From assembly GCA_022564195.1 (NCBI GenBank), contig JADFLW010000007.1:3667-67666 (forward strand): a stretch of 64,000 nucleotides of DNA, read 5' to 3'. The notes below the pieces were generated by a model. That model saw only the letters and a program-made list of their open reading frames with translations. It was not told the origin of the DNA and made no database searches. Origin of the DNA: Patescibacteria group bacterium. Lineage in GTDB: Bacteria; Patescibacteriota; Microgenomatia; UBA1400; Chisholmbacteraceae. Within the stretch, counting starts at the first letter, position 1. Each line of letters starts with the position of its first letter. The position numbers and the translations under genes were made by a program. Positions 31,910 through 40,878 of this stretch are shown piece after piece.

Positions 31910-33556
31910 TCAGGTGCGGATGATGATGGGGATGATGAGGGGGAAGCGTTCGAGCTCTTTGGAGAAAAGCCTCTCAAGTCTTTTTCTGATTCCTTCTTTT
32001 ACCGCCCTCCATTCCCTTATTGGGGTTTTTATGCTTTTGATGACCGTGTACACCTCGCCTCTGGCTTTGTCCATCAACTGTTTTGATTCTTTCATGAAAA
32101 CAACCCCGCGTGAAATGATCTCTACATCTCCGGAAATTTTACCGGTTTGCTTCTCTATAGGCACGATGACAACGAGCATTCCCTCTTCCGCCATGAGCTG
32201 CCGGTCCCTCAAGACCACTTTGCCGACATCTCCAATTCCTAAACCGTCCACCATCACGTTCTTTAGGGGAATGGTTTCGCCTATCCGTGCTTCCCCTCTC
32301 ATATTGATCTCTAGGCTCTGCCCCTCTTCCAGTAGAAATACCCTATCTGCGGAGTACCCCATCTTCTCGCCTAGTTTGCGATATTGCACCATGTGACGAT
32401 AGGTTCCACCGATCGGTACGAGATACTTTGGCTTCAACAATTCCATGAGCAGCATTAATTCGCCTGATGATGCATGGCCGGATACGTGGAGCTCGTCGTT
32501 CACATCGTGGTAAATTACTTCGGCTCCTCGATGTGCCAGCGCGTCAATCGTCTCATACACCGCGCGTTCATTTCCTGGAATAGGATCTGCAGAAAAGACC
32601 ACCTTATCTGAAGGTTGAATTTTTATCTCTCTATGCTCTCCTCGGGCGGCTCTCACAAGCGCCGATCCCTCCTGGCCTTGGCTGCCGGCCACGATGAGGC
32701 ACAATTGGTTGTCTGGGATGTTGCGGATGCTCTTTTTCTTGACCATCGCTTGCTTTGGGAGTTTGAGAAAGCCTAATTCTTGGGCGACACGAGCGTTTAC
32801 TTCCACTGAGCGGCCGAAGAGTGCAATCCGCCGCCCGGCTCTTGCCGCTATTTGGGCTGCTTGCTGGATTCTGTGCACGTTGCTTGACATTGTGGTTACA
32901 ATCAGTTTTCCTTTGGTGTCTCTGATTTCAGCTTCCAAGCTCTCATTCAAACTTGACTCAGAGGCTGAAAAGCCCGGTCTTTCACTTCGCAAGCAATCGG
33001 ATAGGAGCACCGTGACTCCGCGTTTTCCAATATCGGCGATCTTTTGAAAATCCGGACGCACTCCGTCAATGGGTGTTAAATCAAACTTGAAGTCTGAGCC
33101 ATGATAGACGCTTACATTGGGTGTCGTGATCACGAAATGCCGGGCATCAGGAACGGAATGGGTTACTCTGATGGATTCGATTGCGAACTTGCCGAGTCTC
33201 ACTCCACGTACATCGTCGATGATATTTATCCTTCGCATAACTGAGAATTCTTTCATTCTTTCCGCGGCAAAGCCCGCAGTAAGACGGGAGGCGAATAGAG
33301 GAAACTCCGGAAGCTTTGGTAAGATGTAGGGAAGCCCCGCGATGTGATCATCATGTCCGTGGGTGAGGAGCATGCCGACGATTTTCTTTTTGGTATTTTG
33401 CAGATATGTCGTATCCGGAATCAAGAGGTCCACACCGAGCATGGTTTCGTCAGGAAATCCAATTCCGCCATCGACCAATAATATCTCTTCGTCGGTTTCG
33501 TAGACGAACAAGTTTTTGGTAACGGCCATTCCGCCGAGGGGTATAATTTTTAGCAT
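31910..33556 (-). CDS. rnj: ribonuclease J
   Basis: Metallo-beta-lactamase motif HGHDDH, followed by beta-CASP and a C-terminal domain; 548 aa. Confidence 0.9.
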   Translation of the reverse strand: MLKIIPLGGMAVTKNLFVYETDEEILLVDGGIGFPDETMLGVDLLIPDTTYLQNTKKKIVGMLLTHGHDDHIAGLPYILPKLPEFPLFASRLTAGFAAERMKEFSVMRRINIIDDVRGVRLGKFAIESIRVTHSVPDARHFVITTPNVSVYHGSDFKFDLTPIDGVRPDFQKIADIGKRGVTVLLSDCLRSERPGFSASESSLNESLEAEIRDTKGKLIVTTMSSNVHRIQQAAQIAARAGRRIALFGRSVEVNARVAQELGFLKLPKQAMVKKKSIRNIPDNQLCLIVAGSQGQEGSALVRAARGEHREIKIQPSDKVVFSADPIPGNERAVYETIDALAHRGAEVIYHDVNDELHVSGHASSGELMLLMELLKPKYLVPIGGTYRHMVQYRKLGEKMGYSADRVFLLEEGQSLEINMRGEARIGETIPLKNVMVDGLGIGDVGKVVLRDRQLMAEEGMLVVIVPIEKQTGKISGDVEIISRGVVFMKESKQLMDKARGEVYTVIKSIKTPIREWRAVKEGIRKRLERLFSKELERFPLIIPIIIRT

Positions 33557-33568
33557 GATTTACTATAT

Positions 33569-33603
33569 CAGAATTAAGATATGAGAATTGAGATTTTAGA
33601 ATT
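33569..33603. repeat. tandem heptamers (cagaatt aagatat gagaatt gagattt tagaatt) upstream of the rnj start codon
   Basis: Five 7-bp units of the NAGAWTT family. A TATAGT lies 6 nt before the ATG on the coding strand. Confidence 0.6.
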
Positions 33604-34276
33604 AATCTTGACGATTCTCGATAAGCGTAAGTTGCTGTGTCTTCTTTGATTCCTGTGTTGTTTCTTTATGTTCTTCTTCCGGTTCTGCGGTTATACTTTG
33701 ATTATTGACATTGCTCATTACTTTCTTGAGTTTGGCAAAATCTTCTTCAAACATGCGCTTCACGTGTCCGTTCCGGAGTGCAGCAGCGGGGTGATACATT
33801 GGAAATACTACGATTTTTTTCCCTTCCCAATCAACCCAACGCGCTAGGCCATGAATTTGACTTATATAGGTATTTGGAATGAATTTTCTCAAACTAAAGC
33901 GGCCAAGAGTAACGATGATCTTGGGATCGATGATGTGTATTTCTTGATCGAGATACGGCTTGTACGCCTCTATTTCCTCTGGAACTGGATCTCTGTTTTG
34001 GGGTGGCCGTACCTTCAGGATATTTGAAATCCAAACTTCACTTCTTTTTACTCCGATCTTACTAAGACTTTTTGTCAACAGCTTTCCGGCTACTCCGACA
34101 AATGGCCTTCTCTGAACATGCTCATGGAATCCTGCTGCCTCGCCGATGAACATAAGCTTTGCATCGGGGTTGCCTTCGGGAGGGACAATATCTGAAGCTT
34201 TTTTTGCAAGCGGCAGATTCTTCGCCTTTTTCTCCAGTTCTTTTATGAGTCTATCTAGCTCTTTTTTTTTGCTCAT
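33602..34276 (-). CDS. uracil-DNA glycosylase, family 4
   Basis: FIGEAAGFHEHVQRRPFVGVAGKLL matches the family 4 UDG motif (GEAPG...PFVG.AG.LL). The acidic C-terminal tail is typical. Confidence 0.8.
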   Translation of the reverse strand: MSKKKELDRLIKELEKKAKNLPLAKKASDIVPPEGNPDAKLMFIGEAAGFHEHVQRRPFVGVAGKLLTKSLSKIGVKRSEVWISNILKVRPPQNRDPVPEEIEAYKPYLDQEIHIIDPKIIVTLGRFSLRKFIPNTYISQIHGLARWVDWEGKKIVVFPMYHPAAALRNGHVKRMFEEDFAKLKKVMSNVNNQSITAEPEEEHKETTQESKKTQQLTLIENRQD

Positions 34277-34335
34277 CTCTTTTAGGATTTTTTCGTAGTC
34301 GTGGCCACCATAGCTTATTGCAACCTCCAGAATCT

Positions 34336-35388
34336 CTATTCCGGAAGATATTCGCTGACATTCTCAGCTGTGATGTGAATGGATTGGGTTTCTCCCTCGA
34401 CCACTTTCTTTGCTACCTTGCGAGTGATGCCTTGTATGGTTCGCTGCAGGGTTCTGATTCCCGCATCGAATCCTAAGGGTCGCACGATCTTCGGCCAGAC
34501 CGTGTCGTCGATCTGAAGATTCTCCTTTGTGAGACCTGCTTCTGCCATTGCATCGAGGAGCAAGTAATCGCGGCCGATGCGCGTTTTTTCCTCGTCGGTG
34601 TATGAGGGCATTGCGATGGGTTCGAGTCGATCCATGACGGCAGTCGCAATATTCGTCGTGTTGTTGGCTGTTGTAATAAAGAGCACTTCCGAAAGATCAA
34701 AAGGATAATCAATGTAATGATCCACAAATGCGAAGTTCTGTTCCGGATCTAGAAGCTCGATGAGTACTCCCATGATGTCGGAACGTGCTTCCTCAGAAAC
34801 CCGATCGATTTCATCAAGGAGCATCACGGGGTTTCTGACTTTAGCCCGTCTCAGCGCCTTGATTATATAGCCCGGCTCAGCCTCGGCGTGTAGACGAGAT
34901 TGCCCTCGCAGATCCCGTGCCGAACCCATTCCACCAAACGGAATGCGGGAAAGCGGTCTTCCTATTGCTTCAGCAATCGAGTAGGCAACGGTTGTTTTTC
35001 CCGTCCCTACCAACCCCACTAAGCAGAGAATTGGGGCGTGTATCGCTTCGCCTTCTTTGTGCTGTTGGGTCTTAAGCTGTAACACTGCAAGATATTCTAC
35101 GATTCGCTCTTTCACCTCTTTGAGACCGTAGTGGCTTTTATCAAGAACCTCCCGTGCTTTGGTGAGCGCTAGGGTTTCGGGGCTCCTGTCGTTCCACGGC
35201 AAGTTTGTTACCCAGTCGATGTAGTGCGCTATACGGTCATACTCCACAGAATATCCTTCCGTACGGGCTATGCGGGTCAGACGATTCAGCTGTTTCTCTA
35301 TCTCTTGGTAAAGCTGCTGAGGAAGTTGGGCGTTTTCGCTTCTTTTCTTTAAATCTTGAATTTCTTGGGATAGTTGATCAGTAGCCAT
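34336..35388 (-). CDS. Lon-derived standalone AAA+ ATPase (no N-terminal substrate domain, no S16 protease domain)
   Basis: The protein aligns to the Lon segment YIDWVTNLPWNDRS...HYGLKEVKERIVEYLAV. It has Walker A (GLVGTGKTT), Walker B (VMLLDEIDRV) and sensor/arginine-finger motifs (ITTANN...AVMDRLEP). It ends where the Lon protease domain would begin. Confidence 0.75.
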   Translation of the reverse strand: MATDQLSQEIQDLKKRSENAQLPQQLYQEIEKQLNRLTRIARTEGYSVEYDRIAHYIDWVTNLPWNDRSPETLALTKAREVLDKSHYGLKEVKERIVEYLAVLQLKTQQHKEGEAIHAPILCLVGLVGTGKTTVAYSIAEAIGRPLSRIPFGGMGSARDLRGQSRLHAEAEPGYIIKALRRAKVRNPVMLLDEIDRVSEEARSDIMGVLIELLDPEQNFAFVDHYIDYPFDLSEVLFITTANNTTNIATAVMDRLEPIAMPSYTDEEKTRIGRDYLLLDAMAEAGLTKENLQIDDTVWPKIVRPLGFDAGIRTLQRTIQGITRKVAKKVVEGETQSIHITAENVSEYLPE

Positions 35389-35449
35389 GAGTGCACAACG
35401 AGCCTGCTAACTACGCAACAGAGTCATTATAACAAAGGTTTTGGAGACT

Positions 35450-37663
35450 TTATCGTTGACGTTGGTGACGCTGTGGTGGTCGATATGGTTTTCTCTCCTT
35501 TTTCGTTTGCCAGCTGGGTCGAGCTGCTGTTTGTACTCCAGGAATACTTAAGTTTATTCGTCCAAGCTCGTCTATTTCGTCGACTTTCACTTTGAGCTTG
35601 TCGCCGAGCGATACGATTTGGTTCGGGTCTTGGACGAATTCTTGTGACAGTTTTGAAACGTGAACTAAGCCATCTTTTCCGGGTAGAATTTCCACAAATG
35701 CTCCGAATGGCTCAATTCTTTTTACTATTCCTTCAAATTCTTCACCTGCCTTAACTTTTCGGGTGATGCTTTTAATCCAATCAACGGCTTTCCGGATGCT
35801 TTCTGGTTCTGTCCCAGATATGGTTACCCTTCCATCGTCTTCCACATCAACCGAGGCACCAGTCTCGGCAATGATTTGGCGAATGATCTTTCCTCCGGGG
35901 CCGATGATTTCACCGATCTGGTCTTTATCAATTTTGATCACTTCAACTTTTGGCGCATATTTTGAGATCTGGGCACGGGAGGCGGGGAGAACCGCTTGCA
36001 TTTTTTCAAGGATGTGCAGCCTTCCTTTATGCGCTTTTTTCAGCGCTTCTTCTAACACCGTCATTGAGACGCCTTTCGCCTTGACATCCATTTGGATTGC
36101 TGTTATTCCATCTCGTGTTCCGGCAACTTTACAATCCATGTCTCCGACATGATCTTCTAGCCCTTGAATATCTGAAAGAATGGCGTGGCCGTTCGTGTTC
36201 CCTTTTTGGGTTTTTTCCATGATCAATCCCATCGCAATACCTGCCACTGGTTTTTTTAACGGCACCCCGGCATCCATAAGAGAAAGTGTCGACCCGCAGA
36301 CCGCAGCCATGCTGGTGGATCCATTGCTTGAAAGGAGTTCGGAAACCACCCTGATTGTGTAGGGGAACTCTTCGTCTGACGGTATCATAGGCTCCAACGC
36401 CCTTTCCGCTAGCGCTCCGTGTCCGATTTCCCTTCTTGAGGGCCAACCGAGTCTTCCCACCTCACCGACGCTGTATGGCGGCATGTAGTAATGATGCATG
36501 TAGCGCTTTGTTCCTTCTCCTTCCATGGATTCAATCCACTGTTCGAGTGAGGGCGTTGCCAGCGTTGTGATTGTCAGCGCTTGGGTTAGTCCTCTTTTAA
36601 ATATTGCCGATCCGTGGGTCCTGGGTAAGATATCCACCTCAATACTAATCGGACGGATCTCGTCTGCCGTTCTTCCATCGGGGCGTTTACCGGTTTTGAG
36701 AATGGAAGTTCCTATCTTCTCCCTAATAAGTTCCGAAAGCACTTCCTTAATCACTACCTTTTTCAAATCGGGCTCCTCTTCTGCGATCGCATCGGCAATG
36801 CCATCAATGCCAATTGTTCGCTTTCCTGGTATTGGTTTCTCAAGGTCTTTGAGTATTTCTTTGGCGTGTTTTTTCACCGTTTTTACGACGTTTGGATCCG
36901 GTGTTGATGGCTTTGCTTCCTGTTTTTTCTTTCCCACTTCCTTGGTTAGCTTCTCAATTGTAGCGATGATTTTGGCGGTCTCACTCTGGGCTACCTTTAG
37001 GGCTCCCATAAATGTCTGTTCGGAGATTTCATTTGCTGCAGCCTCAACCATGAACACCGCTTCGTTTGTCTCAGAAACGACGAGATCGAGATCCGAGTAC
37101 TCTCGCTCAGAATACGTCGGGTTCACAAAGAAGTTCCCATCTTTCGTTGAACGGTGTGGTTGGAGATTGTTCTTCTCTTTTGAGTCGTATCCTAAGCGGA
37201 CGGCGCCGATCGGTCCTTTCCAGGGAATATTTGAGATTGCCAGTGCTGCTGAGGCGGTGTTAATTGCGAGGATATCTGGATCATTCTCGGCGTCAACAGA
37301 AAGAACAGTTAAGATGATTTGCGTCTCGTTTTTGAATGCTTTCGGAAAAAGGGGTCTTATGCTTCGATCAACCAGTCGTGCATTTAAAATTGCTTCATCG
37401 CTTGGTCGTCCTTCTCGTTTTACCCACCGAGAGCCTTTGATTCGGCCTCCAGCATACAACTTCTCCTGATATTCAACGAAAAGCGGAAAGTACCCAAGAT
37501 CCTCGCGCTCCTGGCCTGAAACGACGGTTGCCAAGATCATCGTGTCGCCGTACCGCCCTAAGACCGCGGCAGTCGCTTGTTCGGCTAACCGTCCGACCTC
37601 GAACTGTAGGTTCTTGCCTCCAACTTCAACGCTTAACGTATGAATTTCTTTCTTATCCTTCAT
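35450..37663 (-). CDS. pnp: polyribonucleotide nucleotidyltransferase (PNPase)
   Basis: 737 aa with two RNase PH domains, then KH and S1 (GIVKRIEPFGAFVEI), and a basic C-terminal tail. Confidence 0.97.
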   Translation of the reverse strand: MKDKKEIHTLSVEVGGKNLQFEVGRLAEQATAAVLGRYGDTMILATVVSGQEREDLGYFPLFVEYQEKLYAGGRIKGSRWVKREGRPSDEAILNARLVDRSIRPLFPKAFKNETQIILTVLSVDAENDPDILAINTASAALAISNIPWKGPIGAVRLGYDSKEKNNLQPHRSTKDGNFFVNPTYSEREYSDLDLVVSETNEAVFMVEAAANEISEQTFMGALKVAQSETAKIIATIEKLTKEVGKKKQEAKPSTPDPNVVKTVKKHAKEILKDLEKPIPGKRTIGIDGIADAIAEEEPDLKKVVIKEVLSELIREKIGTSILKTGKRPDGRTADEIRPISIEVDILPRTHGSAIFKRGLTQALTITTLATPSLEQWIESMEGEGTKRYMHHYYMPPYSVGEVGRLGWPSRREIGHGALAERALEPMIPSDEEFPYTIRVVSELLSSNGSTSMAAVCGSTLSLMDAGVPLKKPVAGIAMGLIMEKTQKGNTNGHAILSDIQGLEDHVGDMDCKVAGTRDGITAIQMDVKAKGVSMTVLEEALKKAHKGRLHILEKMQAVLPASRAQISKYAPKVEVIKIDKDQIGEIIGPGGKIIRQIIAETGASVDVEDDGRVTISGTEPESIRKAVDWIKSITRKVKAGEEFEGIVKRIEPFGAFVEILPGKDGLVHVSKLSQEFVQDPNQIVSLGDKLKVKVDEIDELGRINLSIPGVQTAARPSWQTKKERKPYRPPQRHQRQR

Positions 37664-37676
37664 TGCATTTTTTGGG

Positions 37677-37732
37677 GAAGCTCTATAGAAGACCGTTTTC
37701 CAACTTCTTTCTTGTCGCTATTTTGGAGCTTC
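37677..37732 (-). promoter_or_regulatory. rpsO-pnp intercistronic stem-loop (outer stem GAAGCUC/GAGCUUC overlapping the rpsO stop, inner stem AGAAG/CUUCU)
   Basis: Nested inverted repeats read from the sequence; the position is analogous to the RNase III-processed pnp leader of E. coli. Confidence 0.3.
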
Positions 37733-38000
37733 ACTTTGAAAGTTTGAGTTTATCTAAGATCGATTTGTATCGATTCTCGTCTTTTTTCAATAAATAATTG
37801 AGCAGTCTTCGGCGTTTGGAGACCATTTTCAACAGGCCTCGCCGCGAATGGTTATCCTTTGAGTGCTCCTTAAGGTGCTCTGTTAACTGTGTGATGTTCT
37901 CTGTTAACAGTGCCACCTGAACCTCTGGTGAGCCGGTGTCTCCCTTCCCTGTTGCAAATTTCTTAATGATCTTCTTTTTTTTATCTGCGGTTAGTGCCAT
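37731..38000 (-). CDS. rpsO: 30S ribosomal protein S15
   Basis: 89 aa ([39 protein letters not shown]), an S15 signature. Confidence 0.95.
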   Translation of the reverse strand: MALTADKKKKIIKKFATGKGDTGSPEVQVALLTENITQLTEHLKEHSKDNHSRRGLLKMVSKRRRLLNYLLKKDENRYKSILDKLKLSK

Positions 38001-38052
38001 GCCGTGCTGTCGCGTTATTGTACCAAACTTTCAAAGAAACAGACAGCCCTTT

Positions 38053-39171
38053 TTATTTCTTTGTCGAGCCTGTATAGATTTTTGGCCTGTTCCAATCATC
38101 TTGCTGTTGCTGGCTTTGTTGACTTTTTTTCCTTATCGGCTTTTCCCTTCTTTGCTGTCTTCCTTGATCGGGTGGTGGCGCAAGCTGCTGTCTGGGCTGA
38201 TAGCCTCTTTGTTCAGCGGGTTGGACAACGGGAGTCTGTCCCATGGGTTCTTGTCCCTTCTGCAAAGGCTGCATCTTCAGTTCCGGTTCCTGTAATTGTG
38301 TCAGGGCGGGTGGTTGGGGTGGTGGAGCTGTTGGTCGTTCCTGGACAGGCATTGGTCCTCTTTGTGGTGACATTTGCGGTCTGGGTATTGGAGTACCTGG
38401 TGCTCTGCTCGGCCAGCGTCTCTCTTGCGGTTGGGGTGTGGGGCTTCTTTTTGCTCCAGCTCTCATCAACCGCGCTACTGTCTCGAATGTATCTGGACCG
38501 GCGAAAGGGGCTTGCAAGTTTTGCGTTTGCGCTTCGATTCCTTTCAAGAGATTCCCTGTGATATCCACATTCAGTGGCAGGTTCAGCTTCTTTATCACTT
38601 GAAAGACTATTTCGCTCATCGAGGCTGCCCCCTGGTTTATCACATTGATCTGGCCGAAGTTTGTGTTTCCCGTCGCTCTATCGATATTTATGACGGTTGC
38701 TTCACTGAAGGCGTGTCGTTCTTTTTCGTACAATGCCCCAAGGTCTTCCAGCTTCTTTGCTCCGATGATGAATATGAGCTGGGCTTCTACCCCTTCGTAG
38801 GAGAACTTCACTCCTTTGCTATCCAAGGGCGGATGTCCAGATTTGGGTTCAATGACGAGGTTGAATTTTTCCTCTTGGACATTATAGCTTACTTTTTCGA
38901 TGGCGTCTTCCGCGTAATCGAAAGAAACGATGAGGTTCCGGTTGCCGATTTTTTCGGATATCCGATCAATTCCCACGAGGGTGCTGAACTCAACCCGCAT
39001 TTTGCTCGTGCAGCCGATGAACACGTCCTTCCCTGACTCCTTAAGGCTCAAGAACAGCGCGAGCGCGGCTGCTGTTGCATCGAGACTAGGATTGTGTGGG
39101 AGTAAGACAAACGTGCTCTTGGCAGGATCAAGGGCTTTTTTGATTTCCTCAATTTGTGGTTGGTTGTTCAT
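38053..39171 (-). CDS. DHH-like (NrnA-like) domain protein with degenerate catalytic motifs and a Pro/Gln-rich C-terminal tail
   Basis: The N-terminus FVLLPHNPSLDATAAALAL resembles NrnA motif I, but the Asp and Gly residues are replaced and no DHH triad was seen. The last ~140 aa are P/Q-rich low complexity. Its position between infB and rpsO matches the rbfA/nrnA neighbourhood in other bacteria. Confidence 0.4.
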   Translation of the reverse strand: MNNQPQIEEIKKALDPAKSTFVLLPHNPSLDATAAALALFLSLKESGKDVFIGCTSKMRVEFSTLVGIDRISEKIGNRNLIVSFDYAEDAIEKVSYNVQEEKFNLVIEPKSGHPPLDSKGVKFSYEGVEAQLIFIIGAKKLEDLGALYEKERHAFSEATVINIDRATGNTNFGQINVINQGAASMSEIVFQVIKKLNLPLNVDITGNLLKGIEAQTQNLQAPFAGPDTFETVARLMRAGAKRSPTPQPQERRWPSRAPGTPIPRPQMSPQRGPMPVQERPTAPPPQPPALTQLQEPELKMQPLQKGQEPMGQTPVVQPAEQRGYQPRQQLAPPPDQGRQQRREKPIRKKSQQSQQQQDDWNRPKIYTGSTKK

Positions 39172-40736
39172 AGATCTTCAATTTTTCTATAGGATACTAT
39201 CATATCACCTACTTTAAAGTCAATTTTCGGTTTGAAGGCTATTCCGCATTCTGACTTTATCTTTGCGACATCGATGTCCTCTTTACCCCTTCTTAGAGAT
39301 TTTATGTTCGCATCTTTTAGTATCTTATCCCCTCTTTTCAAGTGAATAGGCAAGTTTTTTGCTATCTCTCCTGTCTTTACTCTACAGCCAGCGATTCGCA
39401 CTTTTCGGACCGTGAATTCTTTTTCGATTGTTGCTTCTCCCACCACCTCTTCGTCAATGGTTGGTTCGAGGATTTTTAAGACCCGTCGTTCCAAATCCTC
39501 AAAGAGCTTGTAGATTACATTATAGGTCTTTATCTGAACTTTTTCAAGTTCGGCGAGTTTCTTTGCAGAACTTGAGACCTTCGTGTTAAACGCATAAATT
39601 GTGGCACCAGTGGCGAGGGCCAGTAGCACGTCGGATTCATTCACTTCTCCGACCCCACCGCTGCCAATAATCTCGACTTCTTCGCTTAAGTTGGAGGTTA
39701 TTGCCTCAAGGGTCCCAGTGACGTCAGCTTTGAGGACGATTTTTATGGTTTGCCTCTCTTCCTCTTCTTCTGGTTCTTGGGTAACCTCCTCTTCTGCTTC
39801 TTTTTTCGTGAGCGACGGCTTTGCGGGAGCGATTGGCTCTTTTGCTACTGCTATCTTTGTGGATTTCACCCCAATGACTCGTCCCACCGGAGGAAGGTCT
39901 TTGAATCCTAGCACTTCAACCGGTGTGCTTGGTCCGGCTTCTTTCCGTAAAGTCCCCTTGTCGTCCGTCATTGCCCGTACCCTCATTCGTTGATCGCCGA
40001 TCTTGATTTCAGAAGCTTGGCGGAGTGTGCCGTTTTTTACCAAGAGGCTCACCAACGGACCTTTCCTTCTGTCCGAGTGGGTTTCAATTACCACGGCTTC
40101 CAGCTCCGCTTGCGGATCTGCCGTAAGATCGGTGAGATCTGCGACAAGTTGGACCATTTCCAGCAGCGTACTGATGTTTTTTCCGGTTTTTGCTGAAACT
40201 TCAACGCAAACAACGTCGCCGCCGTAGCTTTCGACGACAACATCCTCTTCTGCTAATTGTCCTTTTACTCTTTCGATGTTTGCCCCAGGAAGGTCTACTT
40301 TGTTTATCGCTACCAGAAAGGGAACCTTGGCGGCACGAATGTGCATCAAGGCTTCACGGGTTTGGGGCTTGACGCCATCATCGGCGGCTACAACCAGAAC
40401 AATAATATCCGTCACCTGAGCGCCGCGGGCTCGCATTCTGGCAAATGCAGCGTGCCCTGGCGTGTCAATGAAGGTTATCTTTTTGCCTTCATGTTCAACT
40501 TGGTAGGCCCCGATGTGCTGGGTGATACCGCCGTGTTCTTTTTTTACCAGCTCGGATTTGCGGATGGTGTCTAAGAGTGTCGTCTTACCGTGGTCAACGT
40601 GACCCATGAGGGTCACCACCGGCGCTCGACGCTGCTTGGAGCTTTTGGAGGCTGATTTTTTCCGCGCGGAAGGCCTTTTGGAAGGCGCCCTTTTGCTTTG
40701 CGATTTGGTAGTAGTTTTCGTCGATTTGCTCTCCAT
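39168..40736 (-). CDS. infB: translation initiation factor IF-2 (short form)
   Basis: K/S-rich N-terminus, G domain ([23 protein letters not shown]), and C-terminal beta-barrels; 522 aa. The ATG at 40736 overlaps ylxR by 143 nt. Confidence 0.93.
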   Translation of the reverse strand: MESKSTKTTTKSQSKRAPSKRPSARKKSASKSSKQRRAPVVTLMGHVDHGKTTLLDTIRKSELVKKEHGGITQHIGAYQVEHEGKKITFIDTPGHAAFARMRARGAQVTDIIVLVVAADDGVKPQTREALMHIRAAKVPFLVAINKVDLPGANIERVKGQLAEEDVVVESYGGDVVCVEVSAKTGKNISTLLEMVQLVADLTDLTADPQAELEAVVIETHSDRRKGPLVSLLVKNGTLRQASEIKIGDQRMRVRAMTDDKGTLRKEAGPSTPVEVLGFKDLPPVGRVIGVKSTKIAVAKEPIAPAKPSLTKKEAEEEVTQEPEEEEERQTIKIVLKADVTGTLEAITSNLSEEVEIIGSGGVGEVNESDVLLALATGATIYAFNTKVSSSAKKLAELEKVQIKTYNVIYKLFEDLERRVLKILEPTIDEEVVGEATIEKEFTVRKVRIAGCRVKTGEIAKNLPIHLKRGDKILKDANIKSLRRGKEDIDVAKIKSECGIAFKPKIDFKVGDMIVSYRKIEDL

Positions 40737-40878
40737 TTTTACACAAGTACGCTCCTCTACTTTGCGTTTCTTCTTGCATGTCTATCACTATACCTCGTTG
40801 ATTCCGCAGCAGATGTGCGAGTTCTCTTTTTTCCCTTTTTGCACCACACGCTATACAGGTTCGTGTTGGTGGTGTCAT
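40594..40878 (-). CDS. YlxR/DUF448 family RNA-binding protein (RnpM-like)
   Basis: [18 protein letters not shown] followed by GRGAYLC, the YlxR signature. Its ATG overlaps the nusA stop (ATGA). Confidence 0.75.
   Translation of the reverse strand: MTPPTRTCIACGAKREKRELAHLLRNQRGIVIDMQEETQSRGAYLCKNGEQIDENYYQIAKQKGAFQKAFRAEKISLQKLQAASSAGGDPHGSR

Noticed and set aside
39168-40736. IF-2 as a truncated pseudogene because of its short length (522 aa)
   Set aside because: The G domain and C-terminal domains are complete, and short IF-2 forms are plausible for reduced genomes.
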